61,568 nt of DNA from an uncultured Saprospiraceae bacterium (GCA_938010785.1 CALLVC010000099.1:1-61568), one strand, 5' to 3'; positions 44,670 to 53,014 are shown, numbered from the stretch's first letter. Notes: generated by a model from the sequence alone, not told the origin. A program made the numbers and translations.

Positions 44670-45325
44670 GTCTTGTAATTTTTTAATACTTTTCTTAACC
44701 AGTGAGAATTATCCTTTCTTGTTTGAGCATATTGATATCTAGTATTATTTAATGCAGATAGGAATGCTTCTTTTGAGTTGAATGGTTTGAATCTACTTCT
44801 CTCAGAATACCAAGTAGATGGCCTCAAGTTGTATATTATATTTTTTTTCTCCTGAACTTTTATAGGGTACGTACCACTTGGACATGCAAGTTCCCATATT
44901 TTTTTGAGCCATACATTCTTGATACTTAATTCACTACCAATAAGCTCATAAGCAAAAATTAGATAATCTGAATCTAGTCTGTAAGCATCTGTAAGTAAAG
45001 AATTACAATAGGAATCAAAATTTGCTAAATCAAATCCAGGCCCTCTTTTCCAATCAAAAGATTTTATTTCTAAAAGTCCTTCTTTTAAGTTTGTATTATT
45101 TAAATAAAAATCAGGAAAACTTTGAGTATTCTTATTTTCTTCAAAAAAGATGTTATTTTGTTTTAACCAAGCTTTAAGCCATTCTTGCAGTAAATTACCA
45201 ACAGAATCTTTTGTTTCTACTGCAATTGTCAAATCTTTTAATGTAAAATTAATAACACCCTTCTGACCTATAATTTTATAATCTTTTATTAATTTATCAT
45301 ATAATTGATGGGATGTCAGTTTCAT
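44639..45325 (-). CDS. Type II restriction endonuclease (PD-ExK fold), family not identified
   Basis: 228-aa ORF convergent with the MTase, overlapping it by 31 bp. Catalytic pattern E37 ... P71-D72 ... E86-I-K88 (SFPDFYLNNTNLKEGLLEIKSF). Confidence 0.75.
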   Translation of the reverse strand: MKLTSHQLYDKLIKDYKIIGQKGVINFTLKDLTIAVETKDSVGNLLQEWLKAWLKQNNIFFEENKNTQSFPDFYLNNTNLKEGLLEIKSFDWKRGPGFDLANFDSYCNSLLTDAYRLDSDYLIFAYELIGSELSIKNVWLKKIWELACPSGTYPIKVQEKKNIIYNLRPSTWYSERSRFKPFNSKEAFLSALNNTRYQYAQTRKDNSHWLRKVLKNYKTHTGTVLVVN

Positions 45326-45437
45326 TTTGATGAGTTCATTTTGAATTTATTGAAGTAAATTTAGGTAAAAAATAAATAGAAGTTTGGCTAATTTCTCTAA
45401 AAGGTTTTTTTAGATTTAAAATCACATAAAAATAAGC

Positions 45438-45977
45438 TCACTCCCAATTCAAGACCACTCCAAAAAATACCACTCGCCGATTCAAATATTCCGCAAAGCG
45501 TTGGCTATAATCTTCATTATAATTATAGTCACGAACGTTCTTAAAATCGAGTAAATTAGTAGCATTAGCATAAAGAACCGCAGAGCCAAAAGGCAAACCA
45601 ATAATTCTGGAAATACTGAGGTCCATTTTGTGATAATCGGGTAATCGAAGCCCCTCGTGTTGGGCGGCAAAAATGGGCGCAAAAGTATTGGTCTGTTCAT
45701 CAAAATAGCTTTGACTAACGGGCAAATAATACCGACCTTGGCGTTGCCAATAAACGAGTCCTAGTTCCCAAAGACCAGCTATTTTATACTGTAAAGTAGT
45801 TCTTAAAAAATAGCTCAAATCATAATCAGTAGGAATAGCATTACCGTCATTTTCTAGCGAAGATTGAATACTGGCTACACTAATACCAGCTCTTAGGTTT
45901 TGACCTTTATAAGCCGCATAAATTTCTGCTCCACGAACTAGATTTGGTGTAATGATTTGATAAACTAGGATATATTT
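45438..45977 (-). pseudogene. C-terminal remnant (~180 codons) of a TonB-dependent receptor
   Basis: The reading frame is open from 45977 down to the stop at 45438. Barrel-strand pattern, ending ...RRVVFFGVVLNWE like a TBDR terminus. No plug or N-terminal barrel; upstream the frame runs straight into the repeat at 45978-46082. Confidence 0.65.
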
Positions 45978-46082
45978 GGTAGAAAAGCCTTTAGGCTTTC
46001 CCGTCTAAGACCTTTAGGTCTGTGTTAAATAGTACGCTGACCTGAAGGTCACCTAACAGGAAAGCCTAAAGGCTTTTCTACC
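45978..46082. repeat. 105-bp nested-hairpin element, family 2, copy A
   Basis: Terminal inverted repeats GGTAGAAAAGCCTTTAGGCTTTCC / GGAAAGCCTAAAGGCTTTTCTACC. Internal hairpins GACCTTTAGGTC and GACCTGAAGGTC. Homologous to 56819-56922. Confidence 0.9.
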
Positions 46083-46085
46083 AAC

Positions 46086-48395
46086 TTAAACAACCTCAAC
46101 CTTCTTCACCGTCACCACCACCGATTTAGAAGCAGGCGTGTAACTCTTCTTATCATATTGGTCAATGGGCACAAGCACATTCGCTTCGGGAAAATACGTC
46201 GCAATACTCCCTTTTGGGATATTATATTTCACGACCATAAAATGAGGGGCCATGCGTTCCACTTGATTAAAATGGCTATATAAATCAATATAATCTCCTT
46301 GTTGAACCCCCGCCGCTTGCATATCCTCTTCGTTCATCATCGCTACCCTTCGACCATTGGCAATGCCTCGATAGCGGTCATCATCTCCATAAATCGTGGT
46401 ATTAAATTGGTCGTGACTTCTAATAGTAGTCATTAATAATTCACCAGCCTTTAAAGTATTATCAGGCACAGGATTAACGGTAAAGTGTGCTTTTCCGTCA
46501 GCAGTTGTAAACTTTTGTTCTCTTGGCCCATTCGGTAAATAAAACCCACCTTTCCGTCTGACACGTTCGTTATAATTATCAAACCCAGCAATACAAGCTT
46601 CAATTTTAGCTCTAATTAGGTCATAATTACCTCCTAAAGTAAGCCAATCTGTTTTTGTCTTATTTCCTAAAGTAGCGGAGGCTAATTTGGCAACAATCAT
46701 TGGTTCACTTAATAAGTGGTCAGAAGCAGGAGTAAGGACCCCTTCCGATTTGTGGACGATACCCATCGAATTTTCTACACTCACAAATTGATTACCTGCA
46801 TCTTGAACATCTAATTCTGTTCGGCCCAAACAAGGTAAAATGATGGCTTCTTTACCCGTCACCAAATGATTTCGATTAGGTTTTGTACTGACCATGACGG
46901 TCAAATCGCAATTGCGCATACCATCTGCGGTATACTCTGTATCGGGAGCAGCGAGCAATAAATTTCCGCCCATGCTAAAGAAAACCCGCACTTTATTTTC
47001 GTGCATAGCTTGAATAGCTTGCACGGCATTATAGCCGACTGCACTCGGTGCTTCAAAGTTGAAATTAGTTTCCAATTTTTCTTTTAAAGCAGGTTTTAAA
47101 TGTTCCCAGATACCCATCGTTCGGTCACCTTGCACATTACTGTGTCCACGTACAGGACAAGCACCAGCACCGGGAATACCGATGCTACCTCGTAATAAAA
47201 GTAGGTTGACTATTTCTTGTACATTTTGCACGCCATTTTCATGTTGGGTAATGCCCATTGCCCAACAAATAAGCATACGTTTATGGTCTCGAATGAGTGC
47301 TGCAGCTGCTTCTATATCTCCAATTGGAATACCCGCAGCATCGGCTAAAATCCATTTGTCTTGTGTTTTTAAGTCAGCAATCAAGGCATCAAAACCTTCC
47401 GTTTGTTGCTCAATAAACGCTTGATTAAAAACAGTACCGGGATTTGCTTCCTCCATTTCCAATAAGACACACATAATCGCTTTGAGCAAAGCAATATCCC
47501 CTTTGACTTTGACTTGCAAAAAGAGGTCAGAGATTTGCGTACCGCCACCAATCCAGCCTCTAATTTCTTGCGGATTTTTAAATTTTTTAAAGGCAGTTTC
47601 CTCCAAAGGGTTAACGGTAATGATTTTAGCCCCCTTTCGTTTTGCTTTTTGCAAAGCGGACAACATTCTAGGGTGATTGGTGCCAGGGTTTTGCCCAATT
47701 ACCATAATCAAATCAGCGACATAAAAATCTTCCAATTTGACCGTTCCTTTTCCAATCCCAATCGTTTTAGACAAGCCTTTTCCTGTTGCTTCGTGACACA
47801 TATTAGAGCAATCAGGTAGATTGTTGGTGCCAAATTGGCGAACAAATAATTGATATAAAAAAGCGGCCTCATTACTGGTTCTCCCAGAAGTATAAAAAAC
47901 AGCTTCATCGGGCGAAGCTAATTCATTGAGTTTTTTAGCAATATGTGTAAAAGCATCGTCCCAACTAATAGGTTCATAATGACTTGCCCCTTTTCTCAAA
48001 ATCATCGGCTCTGTTATCCGCCCGGTTTTTCCAAGTTTTCGTTCAGACCAAGTATTCATTTCTTCGATGCTATGTTTGGCGAAGAATTCAGGAGTTACTC
48101 TAGCATCTGTTGCTTCTTCTGCGACGGCTTTAGCTCCATTTTCACAATATTCCGCAATACTCGAACGCCCACTTGGTTTCGGGTCGGGCCAAGCACAACT
48201 AGGGCAATCAAAGCCTTTCGTTTGATTTAAATTTAAAAAAGCCTTGGAACATCTTATCCAATCCATTTGACCAAAACCATTTGCAAAAGAGGAGGTAACA
48301 GCCGTAACACCAACTGCCGTATCCATTGGTTTGGAAATTTTAATATTTTCTTCTCTTTCTATGGGTAGCGTATATTTAGGCTTTTTCATAAACAA
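46086..48395 (-). CDS. FdhF/YdeP family molybdopterin oxidoreductase
   Basis: 769-aa ORF. N-terminal GFDCPSCAWPDP Cys motif, molybdopterin-binding segments and a C-terminal beta-barrel-like MopB domain. Pattern typical of YdeP-like proteins. Confidence 0.85.
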   Translation of the reverse strand: MFMKKPKYTLPIEREENIKISKPMDTAVGVTAVTSSFANGFGQMDWIRCSKAFLNLNQTKGFDCPSCAWPDPKPSGRSSIAEYCENGAKAVAEEATDARVTPEFFAKHSIEEMNTWSERKLGKTGRITEPMILRKGASHYEPISWDDAFTHIAKKLNELASPDEAVFYTSGRTSNEAAFLYQLFVRQFGTNNLPDCSNMCHEATGKGLSKTIGIGKGTVKLEDFYVADLIMVIGQNPGTNHPRMLSALQKAKRKGAKIITVNPLEETAFKKFKNPQEIRGWIGGGTQISDLFLQVKVKGDIALLKAIMCVLLEMEEANPGTVFNQAFIEQQTEGFDALIADLKTQDKWILADAAGIPIGDIEAAAALIRDHKRMLICWAMGITQHENGVQNVQEIVNLLLLRGSIGIPGAGACPVRGHSNVQGDRTMGIWEHLKPALKEKLETNFNFEAPSAVGYNAVQAIQAMHENKVRVFFSMGGNLLLAAPDTEYTADGMRNCDLTVMVSTKPNRNHLVTGKEAIILPCLGRTELDVQDAGNQFVSVENSMGIVHKSEGVLTPASDHLLSEPMIVAKLASATLGNKTKTDWLTLGGNYDLIRAKIEACIAGFDNYNERVRRKGGFYLPNGPREQKFTTADGKAHFTVNPVPDNTLKAGELLMTTIRSHDQFNTTIYGDDDRYRGIANGRRVAMMNEEDMQAAGVQQGDYIDLYSHFNQVERMAPHFMVVKYNIPKGSIATYFPEANVLVPIDQYDKKSYTPASKSVVVTVKKVEVV

Positions 48396-48416
48396 ATTAA
48401 TGGTTGAAAAAATGAG

Positions 48417-48579
48417 GAATAGTTCAATAATAAATTTACATTCTTCTACTTGTTCTTTAGCATCCCGTCCGCAAGCGGTTCACCCGTACGGGTTCATGCC
48501 TTGAATAAGAAAAAAAACTGCCTCTGCCGGCAGGCAGGTAACTGCGCATAAAAACGCAATTTATTAATGTACCATTCCT
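48417..48579. repeat. Direct repeat unit A: 31-nt R1 + hairpin cassette + 41-nt R2
   Basis: R1a at 48417-48447 (GAATAGTTCAATAATAAATTTACATTCTTCT). R2a at 48539-48579 (TAACTGCGCATAAAAACGCAATTTATTAATGTACCATTCCT). They match unit B at 30/31 and 40/41 nt. Confidence 0.9.
48458..48540. repeat. Nested-hairpin element, family 3, copy A
   Basis: Modules CCGCAAGCGG, CGGTTCACCCGTACGGGTTC and CTGCCTCTGCCGGCAGGCAGG. The same modules occur in reverse orientation at 50727-50873. Confidence 0.85.
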
Positions 48580-48934
48580 GAGAATGCTCCAAAAATAAGA
48601 AAAAACAAGATGGGATGATAGTCGAGAAGTAAGAGATTATTGGGAGATTGTATTAGAAGATAAAAAGGTGATTTTTTTTAGGACAAGGTATAAAGGTTAA
48701 ACAAGCTTTGAAGGAAGGAAAAAAGAACCACTTCACTATATATAGCACGCTATTTTACTTAGTTAGTAACGCGTAAATAATATCTCCGTCATTTTCGAGC
48801 TATTCTTTTGCCCAATAATTTCGTTATTTTTATCAGCTATCCCGATAGCTATCGGGATTATATCCTCAAAAAATACCTAGTTTTTGCACAAAATAATTAG
48901 CGCTAAACGACCGATTTACTTTTTGCTTGCTACT

Positions 48935-49141
48935 GAATAGTTCAATAAAAAATTTACATTCTTCTGATTGTTTTTTTTATTTTCTACATCGTTGAATCCC
49001 GGTAGCTATTGGAACGTAATAGCTAGGCTATCTCTGAGAGCAGCCCGCGCCCACTTCGTGGTCCAAAGTTTTCGCTTTTCATGCTTTGTATAAACAAAAA
49101 TAACTGCTCATAAAAACGCAATTTATTAATGTACCATTCCT
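48935..49141. repeat. Direct repeat unit B: R1 + a different hairpin cassette + R2
   Basis: R1b at 48935-48965 and R2b at 49101-49141. The 135-nt insert between them differs from unit A (CCCGGTAGCTATTGG..., GCCCGCGCCC...). Confidence 0.9.
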
Positions 49142-49533
49142 TAGAGAAAGTCTAAAAATTTAACGAACAGATAATTTGTAGTTTGAAGTTCTGAATAACA
49201 ATTTTTTTAGCACTTAGCGAGCTAAATGAAAAACAATTTGAATGTCAGGTCCACAAAAAACTAGTTATCGGGGCGATAAAATTTAGATAGACTCTTAGAC
49301 TCATTAAGGCAAACAAATAGAATTTGCACCTTTAGGAGTTTAAGTAATATAGAATTTTATAGTGTTAGTGAAGTGGTAATTCTCTTTTTCAACGAATTTC
49401 AATTGAAAAAGAACACATATTCATTTTTTATTTGCCACAAATATAAAATTTTATAAAGCCAATTGCTAGTAGGGATCGCAATAAAAATAAATTTATATTT
49501 TCGTCGAATAATTTGTAGTTTGAAGTTCTCAAT

Positions 49534-49606
49534 GTACCGACGAATTCATTCGTCGTTAATTCTTTTGATAGGCTTACTTTTTAACGACGAATGAATTCGT
49601 CGGTAC
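49534..49606. repeat. Perfect 26-bp inverted repeat with 21-nt spacer; each arm is itself self-complementary
   Basis: GTACCGACGAATTCATTCGTCGTTAA at 49534-49559 and TTAACGACGAATGAATTCGTCGGTAC at 49581-49606. Outer 9-bp pair GTTCTCAAT (49525-49533) / ATTGAGAAC (49620-49628). Confidence 0.9.
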
Positions 49607-49718
49607 TTTAAGACAAACTATTGAGAACTTACTTTTTATAGATTTAAAATGCTAGTTATCAAGTATTTATATATAATATTAACAACTTTTCGTTCGCCCT
49701 ACTTACTATTAAGAGGAG

Positions 49719-50363
49719 TCAAATAAGGTCAATTTTTATGTAATTCCTTCCTAATTCGATGATGTTTTCTTGCTCCATTTTTTTTAACAATCGAGATACG
49801 GCTTCCCTTGAGCTGTTCAGTTCATTAGCAATTTCTTGGTGGGTGATATGAAAGGCATTTTTGTTATTAATTTTTGCTTTTTCTTGTAGGTAAGTCAATA
49901 ATCGTTGGTCTAATTTTTGGAAAGAAATGGCTTCAATATGATTCATTAATTTATCATAAGAACTTTGGTAGGTTTGAAAGATGAAATTTTTCCAAGAAGG
50001 GTATTTTTTCAACCAGATTTCCATTTGCTGAACGGGAACCATGATAAGTTGAGTATTATCTTCTGCAATAGCTTTGATTTGACTCTTTTGGTGTTGAGCA
50101 CAACAGGTCATAGACATAGCGCAAGTCTCACCTGATTTTAGGTAGTATAAAAATACTTCTTTACCAGAATGAGCATCTTCTCTTAGAATCCGAAGGCCTC
50201 CATTGATAATAAGTGGAATGTGTGAAATATTTCTACCGTAATCCATTAAGACTTCTCCCGAGGCAAAAGAAAAGAGAACCCCCTTTTCAAAGATTTCTTT
50301 TTGTAAAGGTCTTTCTGTTAGTGAAGGAAAAAGTTCTGTGATATTTATAGGGATATTTAACAT
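49719..50363 (-). CDS. Crp/Fnr family transcriptional regulator
   Basis: 214-aa ORF. N-terminal cNMP-binding-like beta roll. C-terminal HTH ITHQEIANELNSSREAVSRLLKKMEQENII. Confidence 0.85.
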   Translation of the reverse strand: MLNIPINITELFPSLTERPLQKEIFEKGVLFSFASGEVLMDYGRNISHIPLIINGGLRILREDAHSGKEVFLYYLKSGETCAMSMTCCAQHQKSQIKAIAEDNTQLIMVPVQQMEIWLKKYPSWKNFIFQTYQSSYDKLMNHIEAISFQKLDQRLLTYLQEKAKINNKNAFHITHQEIANELNSSREAVSRLLKKMEQENIIELGRNYIKIDLI

Positions 50364-50604
50364 AGGCTATATACTGCTCCAAAGATAATAATATTAAGTT
50401 TTACGGGATTAATTTGGTAATAGAACTATTTTTGTCTTTTTATTCAAAACCATACAGTTTTGAGAAAAGAGAGTAGAGAACAGAGAAAAGAGATTACTTG
50501 TTGGAAAACCTAGACTTTTTTATCGATTAAAAGGCAATTTTACTTATTTCAAGTCTCTAATCTCTACTCTCTGTTCTCGATTGAATAGTTACAAAACAGT
50601 TATC

Positions 50605-50647
50605 AGATAATAAGTCTATTTTAGATAATAAGTCTATTTTAGATAAT
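50605..50647. repeat. Tandem 18-mer AGATAATAAGTCTATTTT, about 2.4 copies
   Basis: Identical units at 50605-50622 and 50623-50640, then a partial AGATAAT. Confidence 0.9.
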
Positions 50648-50726
50648 GTTAGCCGATACTTGAATTATACTTAGGCAAAATAAATTAATAAAGTGGTCAT
50701 TTTGAGGAAATATTTTTTTCTAGACA

Positions 50727-50873
50727 AGGCATGAACCCGTACGGGTGAACCGCAAAGCGGATGGGAGGCTTACAGACATAGCACCGCTATGTCGAGCCTG
50801 CCTGCCGGCAGAGGCAGGCATTTTCAACATAAACAAACACTGTTTGTGAACCGCATAGCGGACGGGATGCTAG
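50727..50873. repeat. Nested-hairpin element, family 3, copy B (inverted relative to copy A)
   Basis: Modules GAACCCGTACGGGTGAACCG, CCGCAAAGCGG, GCCTGCCTGCCGGCAGAGGCAGGC, ACAAACACTGTTTGT and CCGCATAGCGGACGGGATGCTA. Confidence 0.85.
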
Positions 50874-50934
50874 TAAAAAAGATGAACTCATAAATGGCTA
50901 ATTAATTATTTTACTTTGCCTTATAAAAAGAAGT

Positions 50935-51627
50935 ATGGAAAAATACGATTTTCAGGCAGGAGCGACTTTATTGGTTGACAAACCATTAGATTGGACCTCT
51001 TTTGATGTAGTAAACAAGATTCGTTGGGCGTTACGCAATAAGCTACAAGTCAAAAAAATAAAAGTAGGGCATGCTGGAACGTTAGACCCAAAGGCTACTG
51101 GCTTATTAATTATCTGTGCGGGAAAATTTACCAAGAAATTGGACACCTTTCAAGGGATGGGGAAAACGTATACGGGAACCTTAAAGTTAGGTGCAACGAC
51201 ACCTTCCTACGATGTGGAAACAGAAGAAGACCAAACCTATCCAACCGAGCATATTGATGATTTGCTATTGGATAAAACCAGAGAAGAATTTATTGGACCA
51301 ATTGAGCAATTGCCTCCAATGTATTCAGCCATTAAAGTAGAGGGACAGCCATTATATAAACTAGCGCGAAAAGGCAAAAAGATAGAGGTGAAACCACGAC
51401 CTGTAACTATATACGATTTTGAGTTCACACGTGTAGAATTGCCAGAAGTAGGTTTTAGAGTTTCTTGTAGTAAAGGGACCTATATTCGGTCTTTAGCTTA
51501 TGATTTTGGGAAATTGGCAGGAAGTGGAGCTTATTTGACCAGTCTTTGTCGTACACAAATAGGCACACATCTGTTATCAGATGCATGGAATTTAGAAGAA
51601 TTGATAAAATATATCGATGAAAGTTGA
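50935..51627 (+). CDS. truB: tRNA pseudouridine(55) synthase
   Basis: 230-aa ORF. Catalytic motif VGHAGTLDPKATGLL, then YSAIKVEGQPLYKLAR and GTYIRSL. Confidence 0.95.
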   Translation: MEKYDFQAGATLLVDKPLDWTSFDVVNKIRWALRNKLQVKKIKVGHAGTLDPKATGLLIICAGKFTKKLDTFQGMGKTYTGTLKLGATTPSYDVETEEDQTYPTEHIDDLLLDKTREEFIGPIEQLPPMYSAIKVEGQPLYKLARKGKKIEVKPRPVTIYDFEFTRVELPEVGFRVSCSKGTYIRSLAYDFGKLAGSGAYLTSLCRTQIGTHLLSDAWNLEELIKYIDES

Positions 51628-51629
51628 TG

Positions 51630-51670
51630 CTGGATGCTAGATACTAGTCTTACCAGTATCCAGCATCCAG
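51630..51670. terminator. Bidirectional hairpin between convergent truB and the lipoprotein gene
   Basis: 18-bp stem with 2 mismatches (CTGGATGCTAGATACTAG / CCAGTATCCAGCATCCAG), built from repeated CTGGAT/ATCCAG words. Confidence 0.6.
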
Positions 51671-51678
51671 TACCCAGT

Positions 51679-52185
51679 TTAATGATAAGCTGTATTATGT
51701 GCTAAAGCACCACCACACGAAGCACAGGTCCCTGCAGCACCAGCGCCGCCAGCACATCCAGCGCTACAAGTGTAGTGCCATACACCCGCTGCATTTTGTG
51801 CAGGTTCGGTAGAATTAGGGTCTGTAAAGTTGATGGTAGAAGTAGAAGTTTGTGTATTAGCTGCACCTGCCGCTCCAGCTGCACCTGCTGCTGCTGCGGG
51901 ATTAGTAGTTGGAGCTGCCGTATTATTATGATAAGCATCATTATGTACGTAAGCATTGCCACAGACAGGACAAGTTCCTGCTGCGTCTCCTCCACTACCT
52001 GCACAATTATTAGAGCAAGTGTAGTGTTTTACGCCAGGGTTAACGCCTCCTGTTGCTGCAGGAGCAGGTTGTGCTAAATCAACAGCTCCTTCAATAGGAT
52101 ATTTAGGAGCAGTTTTGTTTTCGTAACAGCCGATTGTTAAACAAAGCGCTGCTAATAAAAAAAGAAATGTAGGAATCGACCTCAT
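51679..52185 (-). CDS. Lipoprotein with two 4-Cys HYTC...C...CxxC...HN.AYH repeats (putative metal-binding), Ala/Gly/Thr-rich linkers
   Basis: 168-aa ORF. Lipobox LTIGC. Repeats HYTCSNNCAGSGGDAAGTCPVCGNAYVHNDAYH and HYTCSAGCAGGAGAAGTCASCGGALAHNTAYH. Locally GC-rich. Confidence 0.8.
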   Translation of the reverse strand: MRSIPTFLFLLAALCLTIGCYENKTAPKYPIEGAVDLAQPAPAATGGVNPGVKHYTCSNNCAGSGGDAAGTCPVCGNAYVHNDAYHNNTAAPTTNPAAAAGAAGAAGAANTQTSTSTINFTDPNSTEPAQNAAGVWHYTCSAGCAGGAGAAGTCASCGGALAHNTAYH

Positions 52186-52399
52186 GTGATTATAATTTTA
52201 ATGGTTGAATTCAGCGGGAGCAAGCCTTTTTATAAAATTAAATAGGTAGCTTTAGCTAAAAATTGAAATTTCGCATAGAAATGCTTGTGAAATTACGAGA
52301 TTCTTCTCTTTTTGTTGAAGATATAATTGGTTATTTGTACTGAATACGGCAAATTGGGGAAAAATAATTGATATTAGCGTTTAAATAAATTTCTGGACT

Positions 52400-53014
52400 A
52401 TGTTATTGAGAATTAATCCGAGTAATGTGGAGTGGCGAAAAATTCACCAAATAGTAGACATCTTAAAAGGTGGTGGTGTTATTATTTATCCGACTGATAC
52501 CGTATATGGTCTAGGTTGTGATATCAATAATCAAAAAGCAGTAGAGAAAATATGTCGGCTACGAAATTTGGACCACAAGACGGCAAACCTTTCTTTTATT
52601 TGTAAAGATATTGGTCAAATTGCTAGTTACACGAAAGCGATTGATAATCCAACCTATAAAGTGCTTAAAAAGAATTTGCCGGGCGCTTTTACTTTCATTT
52701 TACCTTCCAATAATGAAGTGCCTAAATTATTTAAAAATAAGAAAAGAACAATAGGGGTAAGGGTGCCCGACCATCCTGTTCCATTAGCTATTGTAGAAGG
52801 TTTGGGGCGACCTATTTTGACAACGTCGCTGCGTTCGGACGATGAGATATTAGAATATTTTACAGACCCGCAAGAAATTTATGAAGATTTTAAGTCTAAA
52901 GTAGATGTATTTATTGATAGTGGCTATGGGAATAATATGCCTTCTACTGTTGTCAATCTTGTTGATGGAGAACCAGAGATTTTTAGAGAAGGATTGGGGG
53001 AATTAAATTATTAA
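52400..53014 (+). CDS. tsaC: L-threonylcarbamoyladenylate synthase (YrdC/TsaC type)
   Basis: 204-aa ORF. YPTDTVYGLGCD, RLRNLDHKTANLSFIC and GVRVPDHPV motifs of the YrdC/Sua5 fold. Confidence 0.85.
   Translation: MLLRINPSNVEWRKIHQIVDILKGGGVIIYPTDTVYGLGCDINNQKAVEKICRLRNLDHKTANLSFICKDIGQIASYTKAIDNPTYKVLKKNLPGAFTFILPSNNEVPKLFKNKKRTIGVRVPDHPVPLAIVEGLGRPILTTSLRSDDEILEYFTDPQEIYEDFKSKVDVFIDSGYGNNMPSTVVNLVDGEPEIFREGLGELNY

Noticed and set aside
45482-45703. 73-aa alternative-frame ORF within the TonB receptor remnant
   Set aside because: It is on the same strand but out of frame with the barrel-like reading frame that ends in a canonical TBDR C-terminus, and nothing supports it.
47059-48230. Several 64-121-aa ORFs inside or antisense to the YdeP-type oxidoreductase gene
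   Set aside because: All are nested in a 769-aa gene with clear family features, and none has start context or motifs of its own.
46086-48395. Selenocysteine recoding or frameshift in the FdhF/YdeP-family gene
   Set aside because: The ORF is uninterrupted over 769 codons, with Cys at the N-terminal cluster. There is no in-frame TGA and no need for a SECIS element.
48396-49718. Possible CRISPR array in the ORF-free repeat-rich region
   Set aside because: Only two copies each of R1, R2 and the 22-mer are present, at irregular spacings of several hundred bp. There is no short regular repeat-spacer periodicity, and there are no cas genes in the window.
51702-52077. Two 100-aa ORFs overlapping the Cys-motif lipoprotein gene
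   Set aside because: They are artefacts of the locally GC-rich, Ala/Gly-coding sequence. Only the 51679..52185 frame has a lipobox and the repeated Cys/His modules.
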